Source: an uncultured Actinomycetota bacterium (GTDB lineage: Bacteria; Actinomycetota; Actinomycetes; Mycobacteriales; Mycobacteriaceae). Taken from it: 64,000 nt of DNA. Position 1 is the stretch's first letter; each line of letters starts with the position of its first letter. Of this stretch, positions 9,436 to 19,097 are shown piece after piece. The translations under genes and the position numbers were made by a program. The notes beneath the pieces are model-generated. The model made no database searches, had not been told where the DNA came from, and was given only the letters and a program-made list of their open reading frames with translations. The stretch covers positions 1,747,152-1,811,151 of the forward strand of contig CAWABJ010000001.1 in the NCBI GenBank assembly GCA_963780335.1. Direction: 5' to 3'.

Positions 9436-10680
9436 ATGAGCGATGCGCGCGCCATCGAGGGGGTGACCCAGACGTTGCTTCAGGTGATCGACGACGCCGT
9501 GAACAAGGGACCGCAATCCTATGGGGGCGGCGTGAAGGTCGTCGCGCAGCCGCCGCACGAAGTCCAGACCGACATCGAGCCGCTGCAGGTCAACCTCTTT
9601 CTCTACCGCACGGAAATCGCTGCGGGGCTTCGCAACGAAGACCCCCTGGACATCACCACCGGGGAGACCGCGCAGCCCGCGCTGCCGCTGGCGTTGCACT
9701 ACCTCATCACCCCCTACGTTCAGGGCGGCAAGGACCTCGAGGCGCACCGGCTGCTGGGTCTGGCATCCCGGGCCGTGCAGGAGCAAAGCCAACTCAGCGA
9801 GTCACAGCTGCACGATTCCGCCGGCTTCAGCAACATCTCCACACAGCTCGACCGCATCCACATCACCTGGCAAGTCCTGGCCGAGAACGACATCTACTCG
9901 CTGTGGTCGGCGTTTCAGACGCCCTACCGGTTGTCAGCCGCCTTCGAAGTGCGGGTCGTCCTCATCGACAACCGCCAACCGCCGCGCACCCCCGTCCCGG
10001 TTCTCCGGCGCGGCCAGGACGACCAGGGTCCCACCGCGCGTCCCGACACCTCATCACCGTTCCCCGAACTGGAGGCCAGCGTCCCCGCGGACGGGCAGCC
10101 TGTGGCACGTGTCGGCGAGTCCGTCGAGCTTCGTGGGGTCAACCTGTCCGCGCAGGACGTCACTGCCAATGTGACCAACCCGCTGCTGCCAGAATCGATC
10201 CCGCTGACTCCCACCGCTGTCACCCCTGATGCCGTCACCATCGAGCTGGCGCCTGCGGCCGCGATCCCGGCTGGCGTGTCATCGGTCAGCCTGAGCGTGA
10301 CGAACACCATCGCCGCACAACCGGTCACCACCATCACCAACTCCGTCGCCTTGGCGGTGGCGCCGCGCATCACCAGCGTTATGCCGATGACCGTTCACCC
10401 TGACGCGCAAGGCGCGGTGCAGATCGCGCTGACCTGCTCACCGGCGGTGATCGCCGGCCAACAGGTGTTCCTCATCGTCGGTGGCCGCGCCGTCCCGGAG
10501 GACCGCGCGCGAGTAGGCAACGCCGTCACGGGCACCAATCTGTCATTCACTGTCGACCACGCCGCACTGGGCGAGCACGTCATGCGACTGCGCGTCGCCG
10601 GCGTCGACAGCCTGCTCATCGACCGTACCGGCGACAAACCGCAATTCGATCCTTCGCAGGCCGTGACGGTGACACCATGA
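9436..10680 (+). CDS. DUF4255 (Pvc16/Afp16-like tail terminator/cap) with C-terminal Ig-like domains
   Basis: VNLFLYRTE, LHYLITPY, PYRLSAAFEVRVVLID, followed by beta-rich repeats (GESVELRGVNL; LRVAGVDSLL). Confidence 0.82.
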   Translation: MSDARAIEGVTQTLLQVIDDAVNKGPQSYGGGVKVVAQPPHEVQTDIEPLQVNLFLYRTEIAAGLRNEDPLDITTGETAQPALPLALHYLITPYVQGGKDLEAHRLLGLASRAVQEQSQLSESQLHDSAGFSNISTQLDRIHITWQVLAENDIYSLWSAFQTPYRLSAAFEVRVVLIDNRQPPRTPVPVLRRGQDDQGPTARPDTSSPFPELEASVPADGQPVARVGESVELRGVNLSAQDVTANVTNPLLPESIPLTPTAVTPDAVTIELAPAAAIPAGVSSVSLSVTNTIAAQPVTTITNSVALAVAPRITSVMPMTVHPDAQGAVQIALTCSPAVIAGQQVFLIVGGRAVPEDRARVGNAVTGTNLSFTVDHAALGEHVMRLRVAGVDSLLIDRTGDKPQFDPSQAVTVTP

Positions 10681-12746
10681 CGCACCCCGTGCGCGACCGA
10701 GCCCAATGGGAAACCGGCAACGGCGAATTCCTGGCCGCCTCACTGGCGTGGCTGCGGCTGCTTCTGCAACAACGCGATGACGGCGCCCCGGATCAAGGGC
10801 CGGTCCCAACAGTCAAACCGCGCCACCGCAGGCTTTGTCGCGACGTCCCGGCGGCGCAGCATTCGTCCGCCGAGCCACCCCGCACGACGGTGACCGACGA
10901 AATGATCGCGAAGGCCGCGGCGCGGGTGCACGACACCGAGGAGATCACGCCCCCGCCCGCCCTGGTCGAACTGGCCGCGCGATTGGGCCTGTCCCGCTTC
11001 GAACGAGACGTGCTGCTGATGTGCGCGGCGCTGGAACTGGATCCCTCGGTGGCCCATCTGTGCGCTCGGGCGCACGGCAACAGCCAGATGCGATACCCCA
11101 CGTTCGGCCTCGCCCTGGAGATCCTGCCGGATCCGGCGTGGGATGCCGTCGCACCGCAGGGTGGTCTGCGGTTCTGGAACCTCGTCGAGGTCACGCAGCG
11201 ATCCGGCGAAGGGCTCATCTCTGCAGCGCTGCGCGCCGACGAGCGGATCGTCAACTACGTCAAAGGCCTCAACTATCTCGACGACCGGCTGTCACCCCTC
11301 GTGACGAATCTTGATTGCGCTGGTGCAGAGCAGCTTCCACCGTCGCAGCGGCTGGTGGCCGAACGAGTGGCGCGGCAATGGTCGCTTGGCGCCAATGGCG
11401 CTCCGACAGTCCAACTGGCAGGTGTCGACCAGGCGGGTAAACGACTGATGGCCGCATACGCCGCCCGGCACGGCGGGCGGCTGGCATACCGACTGCCCGC
11501 CGATCTTCTGCCGTCACAACCAGCGGAGCTGGACAACCTGGCTCGGCTTTGGCAACGCGAAAGCGCCTTGCTGCCGCTGGCGCTCTACATCGACGCCGAA
11601 GACGTCGACGACGAGCAGAACCTGGCGTGCCGCGCGGTCGGGCGGTTCTTGGCGCGCATCGACGGGGCAACCGCGCTGGCGGTCCGCGAAAGCTGGTCAG
11701 ATGTCGGACGCCCGTCCGTCGTCCTGGACGTCGAGCCACCGACACCGGCCGAGCGCGCCGACGCGTGGCGCGACGCACTGCCGGCCGACACCGACAACGC
11801 CACCATCGACGCACTGTCGGCGCAATTCGCGCTGCAGATCTGCGACATCAGCGAGATCGCCACGATTGCAGATGATTCCGACGATGCCTGGCGCGAATGC
11901 CGCGCCAGGACGCGGCCACGGCTAGACGCCCTTGCCCAACGGTTGGAGCCGCACGTCGACTGGAATGACATCGTGCTGCCCGACGCCGCGCGCACCCTGC
12001 TCGAGCGCGTCGCCGACCAGGTGTCCTATCGCAACATCGTCTACGACCAATGGGGGTTCGGACAGCGCATCAGCCGCGGCCTGGGGGTCAGCGTGCTGTT
12101 CGCCGGTCCCAGCGGCACCGGCAAGACGATGGCCGCCGAGGTGCTGGCGCAGCGTCTGAAGCTCGACCTCTATCGGATCGACCTTTCGGCGGTGGTCAGC
12201 AAGTACATCGGTGAGACCGAAAAGAACCTGCGCAAACTGTTCGACGCCGGTGAAAGCGGCGGCGCGATCCTGCTTTTCGACGAAGCCGATGCGATCTTCG
12301 GCAGACGGAGCCAGGTCAAAGACGCCCACGACCGCTACGCCAACATCGAAATCAACTATCTGCTCCAGCGTATGGAGCAATACCACGGGCTGGCTATCCT
12401 GACGACCAACATGCGCACGGCGCTGGATCCTGCGTTCCTGCGGCGGCTGCGGTTCGTCCTCGAATTCGCCTTCCCAGACGTCGCCGAACGCCGGCTGATC
12501 TGGCAGAAGTCGTTCCCTGCCGCTTCGCCGGTGGCCGACCTGGACTTCGACCGGCTGGCGCAGCTGCCGGCCAGCGGCGGGATGATCCGCAACATTGCGC
12601 TCAACGCGGCGTTCCTGGCCGCCGCCGACGAAGACGCGAAGATCACCATGGAGATCGTATTGTTTTCGGCCCGAATGGAATTCGAAAAGCTCGAACTCCC
12701 CATCCGCGAGCGTGAGTTCACGCTGAGCCCGGTCGGTGCGCGATGA
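10677..12746 (+). CDS. AAA+ ATPase (Afp15/Pvc15-like)
   Basis: Walker A GPSGTGKT, Walker B ILLFDEAD, SKYIGETEKNL, DRYANIE, DPAFLRRL. Confidence 0.93.
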   Translation: MTHPVRDRAQWETGNGEFLAASLAWLRLLLQQRDDGAPDQGPVPTVKPRHRRLCRDVPAAQHSSAEPPRTTVTDEMIAKAAARVHDTEEITPPPALVELAARLGLSRFERDVLLMCAALELDPSVAHLCARAHGNSQMRYPTFGLALEILPDPAWDAVAPQGGLRFWNLVEVTQRSGEGLISAALRADERIVNYVKGLNYLDDRLSPLVTNLDCAGAEQLPPSQRLVAERVARQWSLGANGAPTVQLAGVDQAGKRLMAAYAARHGGRLAYRLPADLLPSQPAELDNLARLWQRESALLPLALYIDAEDVDDEQNLACRAVGRFLARIDGATALAVRESWSDVGRPSVVLDVEPPTPAERADAWRDALPADTDNATIDALSAQFALQICDISEIATIADDSDDAWRECRARTRPRLDALAQRLEPHVDWNDIVLPDAARTLLERVADQVSYRNIVYDQWGFGQRISRGLGVSVLFAGPSGTGKTMAAEVLAQRLKLDLYRIDLSAVVSKYIGETEKNLRKLFDAGESGGAILLFDEADAIFGRRSQVKDAHDRYANIEINYLLQRMEQYHGLAILTTNMRTALDPAFLRRLRFVLEFAFPDVAERRLIWQKSFPAASPVADLDFDRLAQLPASGGMIRNIALNAAFLAAADEDAKITMEIVLFSARMEFEKLELPIREREFTLSPVGAR

Positions 12747-13003
12747 GGATCGACGTTCACATCGACCGGATCGTGCTGCACGGTGGCGAGCTGCCAACGC
12801 CCAGCAGTGATGAGATCAGCCGAGCCATTCAGGCCGAACTGGCCAAACTGATTGCCGCGACCCCACGTTCGGCGTGGAACCGGTCGCGCAGGGTCGGCCG
12901 AGTTCACGCTTCACCGCTGGCGCCGGTGGCATCGAATCAGCTGGGCCGCATCGCCGGACAGGCATTGCACCGAGTGGTCCTTGGTCGAGGTGATCGGCCA
13001 TGA
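12743..13003 (+). CDS. Small eCIS hypothetical protein
   Basis: MRIDVHIDRIVLHG; start and stop overlap both neighbours. Confidence 0.7.
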   Translation: MRIDVHIDRIVLHGGELPTPSSDEISRAIQAELAKLIAATPRSAWNRSRRVGRVHASPLAPVASNQLGRIAGQALHRVVLGRGDRP

Positions 13004-13632
13004 CGAGCTTCCCCCAGTCGGCAAACCCCGTGCGCGGTGGATTCGTCCTCGTCGATCCCAACAGCGGCCGGCCGGTGAAAACCATCCCCTTCCAGTACAA
13101 CCCCGACACCCTGACCAGAACCCTGCAGCCCCAGGGCATTGCCGGTGAACCCGGTGACCGGCTCGAAGCGCTGCGGCTCAAGGGCCCCCCACACGAGTCA
13201 CTGAAATTCGACGCCGAGTTCGACGCGACCGATGCGCCCGACAAATACGCCGACGGTCTTTACCCAGTGCTGTCAGCACTGGAGCTGAGCATCTATCCCA
13301 CCACCGCCCAACTGCGCGCAGAAGACCAGCTCGCCCATGGCGGCCAACTGGAAATCGCCCCCGCCGAGTCGGCACTGATGGTGCTGGTGCTGGGTCCCAA
13401 ACGCGTACTGCCGGTGCGACTGACCGACTTGAGCATCACGGAGGAAGCCTTCGATCAGGCACTGAATCCGATCCGCGCCAAAGTCAGCGTCGGCGTCCGC
13501 GTGCTCACGGTCGACGACCTCGGTTTCCAGCACAAGGGCGGCTTGCTGTATCTGAGCTACCAGGAACAAAAGCAACGGTTCGCCGCCACCATCAACAGTC
13601 CGATCACCGCTGTCGGTGTGAACACCATCTAA
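13000..13632 (+). CDS. Tube-initiator-like protein (Afp7/Pvc7 N-terminal type)
   Basis: IPFQYNPDTLTRTL, LPVRLTDLSITEEAFDQALNPIRAKVSVGVRVL. Confidence 0.75.
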   Translation: MTSFPQSANPVRGGFVLVDPNSGRPVKTIPFQYNPDTLTRTLQPQGIAGEPGDRLEALRLKGPPHESLKFDAEFDATDAPDKYADGLYPVLSALELSIYPTTAQLRAEDQLAHGGQLEIAPAESALMVLVLGPKRVLPVRLTDLSITEEAFDQALNPIRAKVSVGVRVLTVDDLGFQHKGGLLYLSYQEQKQRFAATINSPITAVGVNTI

Positions 13633-13642
13633 GGACCTGCCG

Positions 13643-13972
13643 ATGTTCGCCATTACCAGTCGCTACCAAGCTATCCCGACCGCGGTGCACGAACTGCCCG
13701 ACGGCAGAACGGTGACCTACGTTCGGCGGCGGTTCCTGCCGCAGGTCAGTCAACTCGCGGCCACCGGTGAGCATGAGGTCGGCATTGGCGAGCGGCTCGA
13801 CGCCATCGCGTTCCAGGTCTTCGGAGACCCCGAACAGTTCTGGCTCATCGCCGACGCCAACCCCACACTGAGCCTCGCCGAGCTGACCCGCACCGGTGTG
13901 CGGCTGCGCATCACCTTGCCTGCGGGCATTCCCCAGGGCGTCCTGCTCCAAGGCGCGGGAGGCTTCTCGTGA
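13643..13972 (+). CDS. LysM/gpX-like baseplate protein
   Basis: ERLDAIAFQVFGDPEQFWLIADANP. Confidence 0.8.
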   Translation: MFAITSRYQAIPTAVHELPDGRTVTYVRRRFLPQVSQLAATGEHEVGIGERLDAIAFQVFGDPEQFWLIADANPTLSLAELTRTGVRLRITLPAGIPQGVLLQGAGGFS

Positions 13973-13997
13973 CCGGCGACATGGAAGTGCGGGTTTG

Positions 13998-15119
13998 ATG
14001 GCCAAGAGCTTTCAGCTGTTGTTGATGATCGGGTCGGTGCTGGCGATACCGGTGCCCGCCGCGCTGATCGACGCCCTGCAATCGGTGCAAGTCACCACCA
14101 GCGCGGGCCAGCGCAGCGGGTTTCAGCTCTCATTCGCCATCAGCAAGAAGTCGGTCATCACCACCGCGTTGTTGCCCGCGGGTCTACTCGACCCGCCGGC
14201 GCGGGTCATCATCGTGGCACTACTTGGCGGGCTGCCCAAAGTGCTGATGGACGGGATCATCACCCGTCACGAACTGAGCCCCAGTGACACGCCGGGCGGA
14301 TCGACGCTGACCGTGACCGGCGAGGACCTCACCGCGCTGATGGACATGAGCCATGAACGCATGTGCTTCCCCGCGATGCCGCTGAACCTGCGGGTGATGG
14401 CGATCGTGGCGAAATACGCGCTCTACGGGATCATTCCGGCGGCCGTTCCCGCCGTCATCTTCAACGTCCCCAACCCACTGAAAACCATACCGGTGCAGTC
14501 GAGCACCGACCTGAACTACATCCAGTCCCTGGCGTCAGAGGCGGGCTACTCCTTCTTCCTGATACCTGGCCCGACCCCGGGGATCAGCGTCGCCTACTGG
14601 GGACCTGATGCCAGGGCAGGAATGCTGCAATCTGCGCTCACCGTAAACTCCGGGACCGCAACCGATGTCGAATCGTTGTCGTTCAGTTTCGACGGGCTCT
14701 CGCGCACCCAGTACACCATCACGCTGACCGAGCCGAACACCAAGATCGGCATACCGATCCCGGTCCCCGACGTGTCGCTGCTGCGTCCGCCCCTGGCCGC
14801 GCGCCCCGCCGTCGCCCTGCGCCAGGAGCCGTTGCCCGACCTCGCGGGCAGGGATCCACTGGACATCGCGCTGCGAGGACTGAGCAAGACCACCCAGGCC
14901 GCCGACGCAGTCACCGGGCAGGGCAAGCTCGACGTGCTGCGCTACGGGCATGTGCTCGAGGCGCGCAGCATCGTCGGCGTGCGTGGCGCCGGTCTGACCT
15001 ACGACGGCGCCTACTTCGTCAAGAGCGTCACCCACGACATCAAACGCGGCGAATACAAGCAGAGCTTCACGCTCACCCGTGATGGCTTCCTCCCACTGAT
15101 CCCGGCGGTGCTCCCATGA
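13998..15119 (+). CDS. Baseplate hub (gp27/late control D-like; N-terminal part of a split VgrG/Afp8)
   Basis: GEDLTALMD; GKLDVLRYGHVLEARSIVGVRGAGLTYDGAYFVKSVTHDI...YKQSFTLTRDG. Confidence 0.78.
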   Translation: MAKSFQLLLMIGSVLAIPVPAALIDALQSVQVTTSAGQRSGFQLSFAISKKSVITTALLPAGLLDPPARVIIVALLGGLPKVLMDGIITRHELSPSDTPGGSTLTVTGEDLTALMDMSHERMCFPAMPLNLRVMAIVAKYALYGIIPAAVPAVIFNVPNPLKTIPVQSSTDLNYIQSLASEAGYSFFLIPGPTPGISVAYWGPDARAGMLQSALTVNSGTATDVESLSFSFDGLSRTQYTITLTEPNTKIGIPIPVPDVSLLRPPLAARPAVALRQEPLPDLAGRDPLDIALRGLSKTTQAADAVTGQGKLDVLRYGHVLEARSIVGVRGAGLTYDGAYFVKSVTHDIKRGEYKQSFTLTRDGFLPLIPAVLP

Positions 15120-15634
15120 CGACCGATGCCAAGAAATTCCCCGGTGTGTACAAGGGCGTCGTCGTGTCCAACGTCGACGCCACCGGCGGCAACCGCGTGA
15201 TGGTCCGCGTCGATGACGTACTCGGAAACGATCCATGCATCTGGGCCGATCCCGGCTACGCCACACCGGGCATGAACGTGGTGCCCATGGTGAATTCGGG
15301 GGTCTGGGTGCAATTCCAGGACGGCGACCCCGACCGGGCGACCTACACGGGCTTCTGGCGTGGCGGTCTCGTGGACGCACCCCCGGTCGCACAGACGCTA
15401 CCTCCGGGCGTGCCTCAGGTCGTGATGGGCACCCCGGGGCAGAACTACCTTCTCATCACCGATGCGCCGGGTCCGATCGGTGGGATCCAGATCCAAATCC
15501 GGGGGCCCGCGGGACCGTCGATCAAGATGAACGAGACCTTCATCGAACTGTCCTGCGGTCCCGGGCTGGCCTCCATCAAGTTGATGGGCACCGGCGTGTT
15601 CATCAACAACAAGTCACTCGTCATACCGATGTAG
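15116..15634 (+). CDS. Spike protein (gp5 OB-fold / gpV-like)
   Basis: GVYKGVVVSNVD...RVMVRV...VVPMVNSGVWVQFQDGDPDRATYTGFW. Confidence 0.82.
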   Translation: MTTDAKKFPGVYKGVVVSNVDATGGNRVMVRVDDVLGNDPCIWADPGYATPGMNVVPMVNSGVWVQFQDGDPDRATYTGFWRGGLVDAPPVAQTLPPGVPQVVMGTPGQNYLLITDAPGPIGGIQIQIRGPAGPSIKMNETFIELSCGPGLASIKLMGTGVFINNKSLVIPM

Positions 15635-15644
15635 GGGGTGCACA

Positions 15645-15974
15645 ATGCCGGGCTCCGTGGTCGATATCTCCACCGCGATGACCTGCCCGCACGGCGGGAA
15701 GGTCACGTTCATACCGGTCGGGCCACCGGCTGTGTTCGTCAACGGCCAGGCCGTGATCACCGCGGCCGACCAGATCACCGTCGTCGGATGTATCCAGGCC
15801 GCTCCGTGCGTGAAAGTGCAGTGGGCCAACGTCGGACAAGCACTGATCAACGGCAAGCCGGTGTTGCTGCAAGCCCCGCCGATCCCGCCGGGCCCGGGCG
15901 GAGGGCTATGCGCCGGCGGCACACCGGCCCCACCGGTTCTGGTGGCGATGCAACAGGCGGTTCTGGGGACATGA
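15645..15974 (+). CDS. PAAR-like spike tip protein
   Basis: MTCPHGG...VGCIQAAPCVKVQW...INGKPVLL; Cys/His metal-binding pattern; position after the spike. Confidence 0.7.
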   Translation: MPGSVVDISTAMTCPHGGKVTFIPVGPPAVFVNGQAVITAADQITVVGCIQAAPCVKVQWANVGQALINGKPVLLQAPPIPPGPGGGLCAGGTPAPPVLVAMQQAVLGT

Positions 15975-16335
15975 CGATGTACATCGACTTTCCGTACCAC
16001 ATCGGTGCCAATGGCCGGACCGCCGACACCACCTATCCCGACCACGTCCGCGACATGATCGAGCAATTGCTGTTCACCCGGCCGGGGAGCGGGTGAACCG
16101 GCCGGACTTCGGCTGCGGCCTGCTCGATCTGGTCTTCGAACCCAACAGCCCGGAACTGGCTGCAGCCCTGCACGTTTCCGCCGAAGGCGCGTTGAACCGT
16201 TGGCTCGGTGACCTGATCACCGTCGATTCGCTGACGATCACCGTCGAGGACTCCACCCTGTCGATCAACCTGCAATACATCCTATTGGCGACCGGCGAGC
16301 AGGTGCAGACGACCATAGAGGGGAGCCCGGCATGA
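15971..16335 (+). pseudogene. gp25/GPW-like baseplate wedge protein split by a -1 frameshift (or sequencing error)
   Basis: MIEQLLFTRPG|(ER)VNRPDFGCGLLDLVFEPN. The G4 run at 16084-16087 needs one more G to restore TRPGERVNRPDFG. Confidence 0.8.
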
Positions 16336-19097
16336 CGTGTGCCGAGGAGCGCCGCCGAAGCAAGGTGCGCGCAGAGGGATGCAACGGAATCGACGCCGTC
16401 GGCGTCGGCGTCGATCGCACTGAACTCACCGTGGGCTTCTTCGGCAATGCACCCGAAGACCTGCGGCCGTCCAACTTCCGGGTCGAGGGCGGCACCCGCA
16501 TCACCGGCATCACCGTCACCGAGGTCGCTCCCTGTCCCGCAGGGGATCCCGAACTCGAGGGCAGCGTGCGGCTTACCGTCGACCGGGTAGGGGATCTGTC
16601 GACCTACCGACTGTGCATCGTCGACGTCGAGGGGTTCGACCCGCGCTACCGCGCCATCGACTTCACGTTCATCACCGGATGCGACGACGTCGACTGCGCA
16701 CCGGTGTGCAGTTGCCCGGAGCAGACCTATCCTGACGTCGAAATCGACTACCTGACCAAGGATTACGCCAGCTTCCGTCAGCTGATGCTCGACCGGCTGA
16801 GCCTGACCATGCCCAAGTGGACTGAGCGCCACATCCCCGACATCGGGATCACCCTGGTCGAACTGCTCGCCTACGAGGCCGACCGGCTCAGCTACCAGCA
16901 GGACGCGGTTGCTACCGAGGCCTTCCTGGACACCGCCCGGCTGCGGACGTCGGTGCGCCGCCATACCCGGCTGGTCGACTACACGCTTCACGACGGCTGC
17001 GCGGCCCGGGCCTGGGTGTGCGTGGAGGTCGCTGCCGACGTCACCCTCAAAGCGGACACGGTGCAGTTCGCCAGCGGCGCGCAGGTCTTCGAACCGCTGC
17101 GCTCCGAGGACATCTTACTGAGCCACGCACACAACGTGATTCACTTCTGGACGTGGGGCGACTTCGAATGCTGCCTTGCTGCCGGCGCGACGGCGGCCAT
17201 GCTGGTCGACGGCGAACCGGACGAGGAGCGTGTGCTGCAGCTCGTCCCGGGCGACGTGTTGATCTTCGAAGAGATCGTCGGGCCGAAGACCGGAGCCTCA
17301 CCCGACTGTGATTTCACCCATCGGCAGGCGGTGCGATTGACGACGGTGACACCAGCCACCGACCCAATGTTCGGCCAGGCGGTTCTCGAGGTGACGTGGG
17401 CGCGGGAGGACGCGCTGCGCTTCCCGCTGTGCGTGAACACACGCGGAGGGCCCGACTGCGGCGACCTCGTCGTCGGTGTGGCCCGCGGCAACGTGGTCCT
17501 CGTCGAGCACGGCGGCCGCGCCCCCGATGAACCGCTCGACGTGCCCCGGCAAGACCCCACCGAGCCGGGCTGTCCCGATCCGGTCTGCTTCGGCTGTCAA
17601 GACGACGTCGCCCCCGGCCAAATCGCGCATTACCCACCGGTCCCGAAACGGTTCGCGCCGACGATTTCTCGCGCCCCGGTGACCCACACGGCGGCGTTTC
17701 CGCAACCACACGTTGCCAGCCGCGCACAAATCGAGTGGCTGCGCGAGCTACCCGAGCGTGCCAGACAACGCGTGATCACTTTGCGGCGCAAGACCATCGA
17801 CGAGCCGCTCTCGCCGACCGACATCGCGTACCTCACAACACTATTCGGTACACCCGTTCTCGCCAAAGTGCGCCTCACGCACGACCCACACGTCGCGCTC
17901 ACCACCCTCGTGGCACGGTTCGACGAACTGCTGGTAGCCAAGTTGGAGCGCCTCGCGGAGCTCGTCGCACACGTCGGCGGCGACTGTCTGTTGACGGTGG
18001 ACGGCGAGGGGTGGGAGATCGCGCAGACCTGGGGTGAAACCGCCGCCGACCTCGCCGCGGGCGATCCGCGGTTCTTCGGGCCTGCTGCGATCGCTACACA
18101 CACCGATCCGCGAGACGCGCTCCCCGCGATCACCGTGATCGATCGGTGGCAAGACGTCTGGCGCCCGCGGCGCGACCTTCTCGACAGCGGCCCCGACGAC
18201 CGCCATTTCGTCGGTGAAACCGACGACGAGGGTTACCTGCACCTGCGATTCGGCGATGGCACCAACGGTGCGCGGTTCGCACTGCTCGACCCGGCGTCGA
18301 GACCGCAGGAGGCCGCCGCGGTGGCCAGCTACCGCATCGGCAACGGAACGGCCGGCAACGTCGGCGCGGAGGCGATCAGCAAGATCGCCATCGCAGGAAC
18401 CGACGGCGCCCTCGTCACCTCAGTGCGAAACCCGATGCCCGCCACCGGTGGGACCGATCCCGATGACGTTGCCGCAGCACGCATTCAGGCTCCCCATGAC
18501 GCCAGGCTGCGTCTGCTACGGGCCGTCACCGCGCAGGACTACGCCGACATCGCGTCCGGGCTGCCCGGGGTGCAGCGCGCCGCGGCGGTGCTGGCCTGGA
18601 CGGGCAGCTGGTATGAGGCCGAGGTGGCCATCGACGCTCTCGGTGCGTCTGTGGCGCCTGACTGGCTGCTCGACGACGTTCGCCGCACCCTGCACCGCTA
18701 CCGCAAGATCGGCCACGACTTGTCGGTGTCCAGCGCAGATCTGGTGCCGCTGGACCTGGCGCTGTGCATCGAGGTCAAACCTGACTACATCACCGGTCAC
18801 GTGCGCGCGGCGCTCCTCAAAGTGCTGGGCCGTGGTCCCGGCGGCTACTTCAACCCCGATCGCCTCACCTTCGGCACGCCCATCCGGGTCAGCTCGATCG
18901 TGGCCGCCGCAGCGGCGGTGCCCGGTGTGCTCAGCGCCGACGTCACCACCCTCGAGCGCCTCTTCGGGCCTCCTGGTGGCAATGCGCTCGACACCGGTCT
19001 GCTGACGATCCGGCCGTTGGAGGTCGCTCAACTCGACAACGACCCGCTCCGGCCCGAGAACGGCCGGCTCGATCTCACACTGGTAGGTGGACGATGA
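16332..19097 (+). CDS. Baseplate J-like assembly protein (Afp11-like)
   Basis: IDYLTKDYASFRQLMLDRL, DIGITLVELLAYEADRLSYQQDAVATEAFLDTAR, LRFGDGTNG, RAVTAQDY. Confidence 0.88.
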   Translation: MTCAEERRRSKVRAEGCNGIDAVGVGVDRTELTVGFFGNAPEDLRPSNFRVEGGTRITGITVTEVAPCPAGDPELEGSVRLTVDRVGDLSTYRLCIVDVEGFDPRYRAIDFTFITGCDDVDCAPVCSCPEQTYPDVEIDYLTKDYASFRQLMLDRLSLTMPKWTERHIPDIGITLVELLAYEADRLSYQQDAVATEAFLDTARLRTSVRRHTRLVDYTLHDGCAARAWVCVEVAADVTLKADTVQFASGAQVFEPLRSEDILLSHAHNVIHFWTWGDFECCLAAGATAAMLVDGEPDEERVLQLVPGDVLIFEEIVGPKTGASPDCDFTHRQAVRLTTVTPATDPMFGQAVLEVTWAREDALRFPLCVNTRGGPDCGDLVVGVARGNVVLVEHGGRAPDEPLDVPRQDPTEPGCPDPVCFGCQDDVAPGQIAHYPPVPKRFAPTISRAPVTHTAAFPQPHVASRAQIEWLRELPERARQRVITLRRKTIDEPLSPTDIAYLTTLFGTPVLAKVRLTHDPHVALTTLVARFDELLVAKLERLAELVAHVGGDCLLTVDGEGWEIAQTWGETAADLAAGDPRFFGPAAIATHTDPRDALPAITVIDRWQDVWRPRRDLLDSGPDDRHFVGETDDEGYLHLRFGDGTNGARFALLDPASRPQEAAAVASYRIGNGTAGNVGAEAISKIAIAGTDGALVTSVRNPMPATGGTDPDDVAAARIQAPHDARLRLLRAVTAQDYADIASGLPGVQRAAAVLAWTGSWYEAEVAIDALGASVAPDWLLDDVRRTLHRYRKIGHDLSVSSADLVPLDLALCIEVKPDYITGHVRAALLKVLGRGPGGYFNPDRLTFGTPIRVSSIVAAAAAVPGVLSADVTTLERLFGPPGGNALDTGLLTIRPLEVAQLDNDPLRPENGRLDLTLVGGR

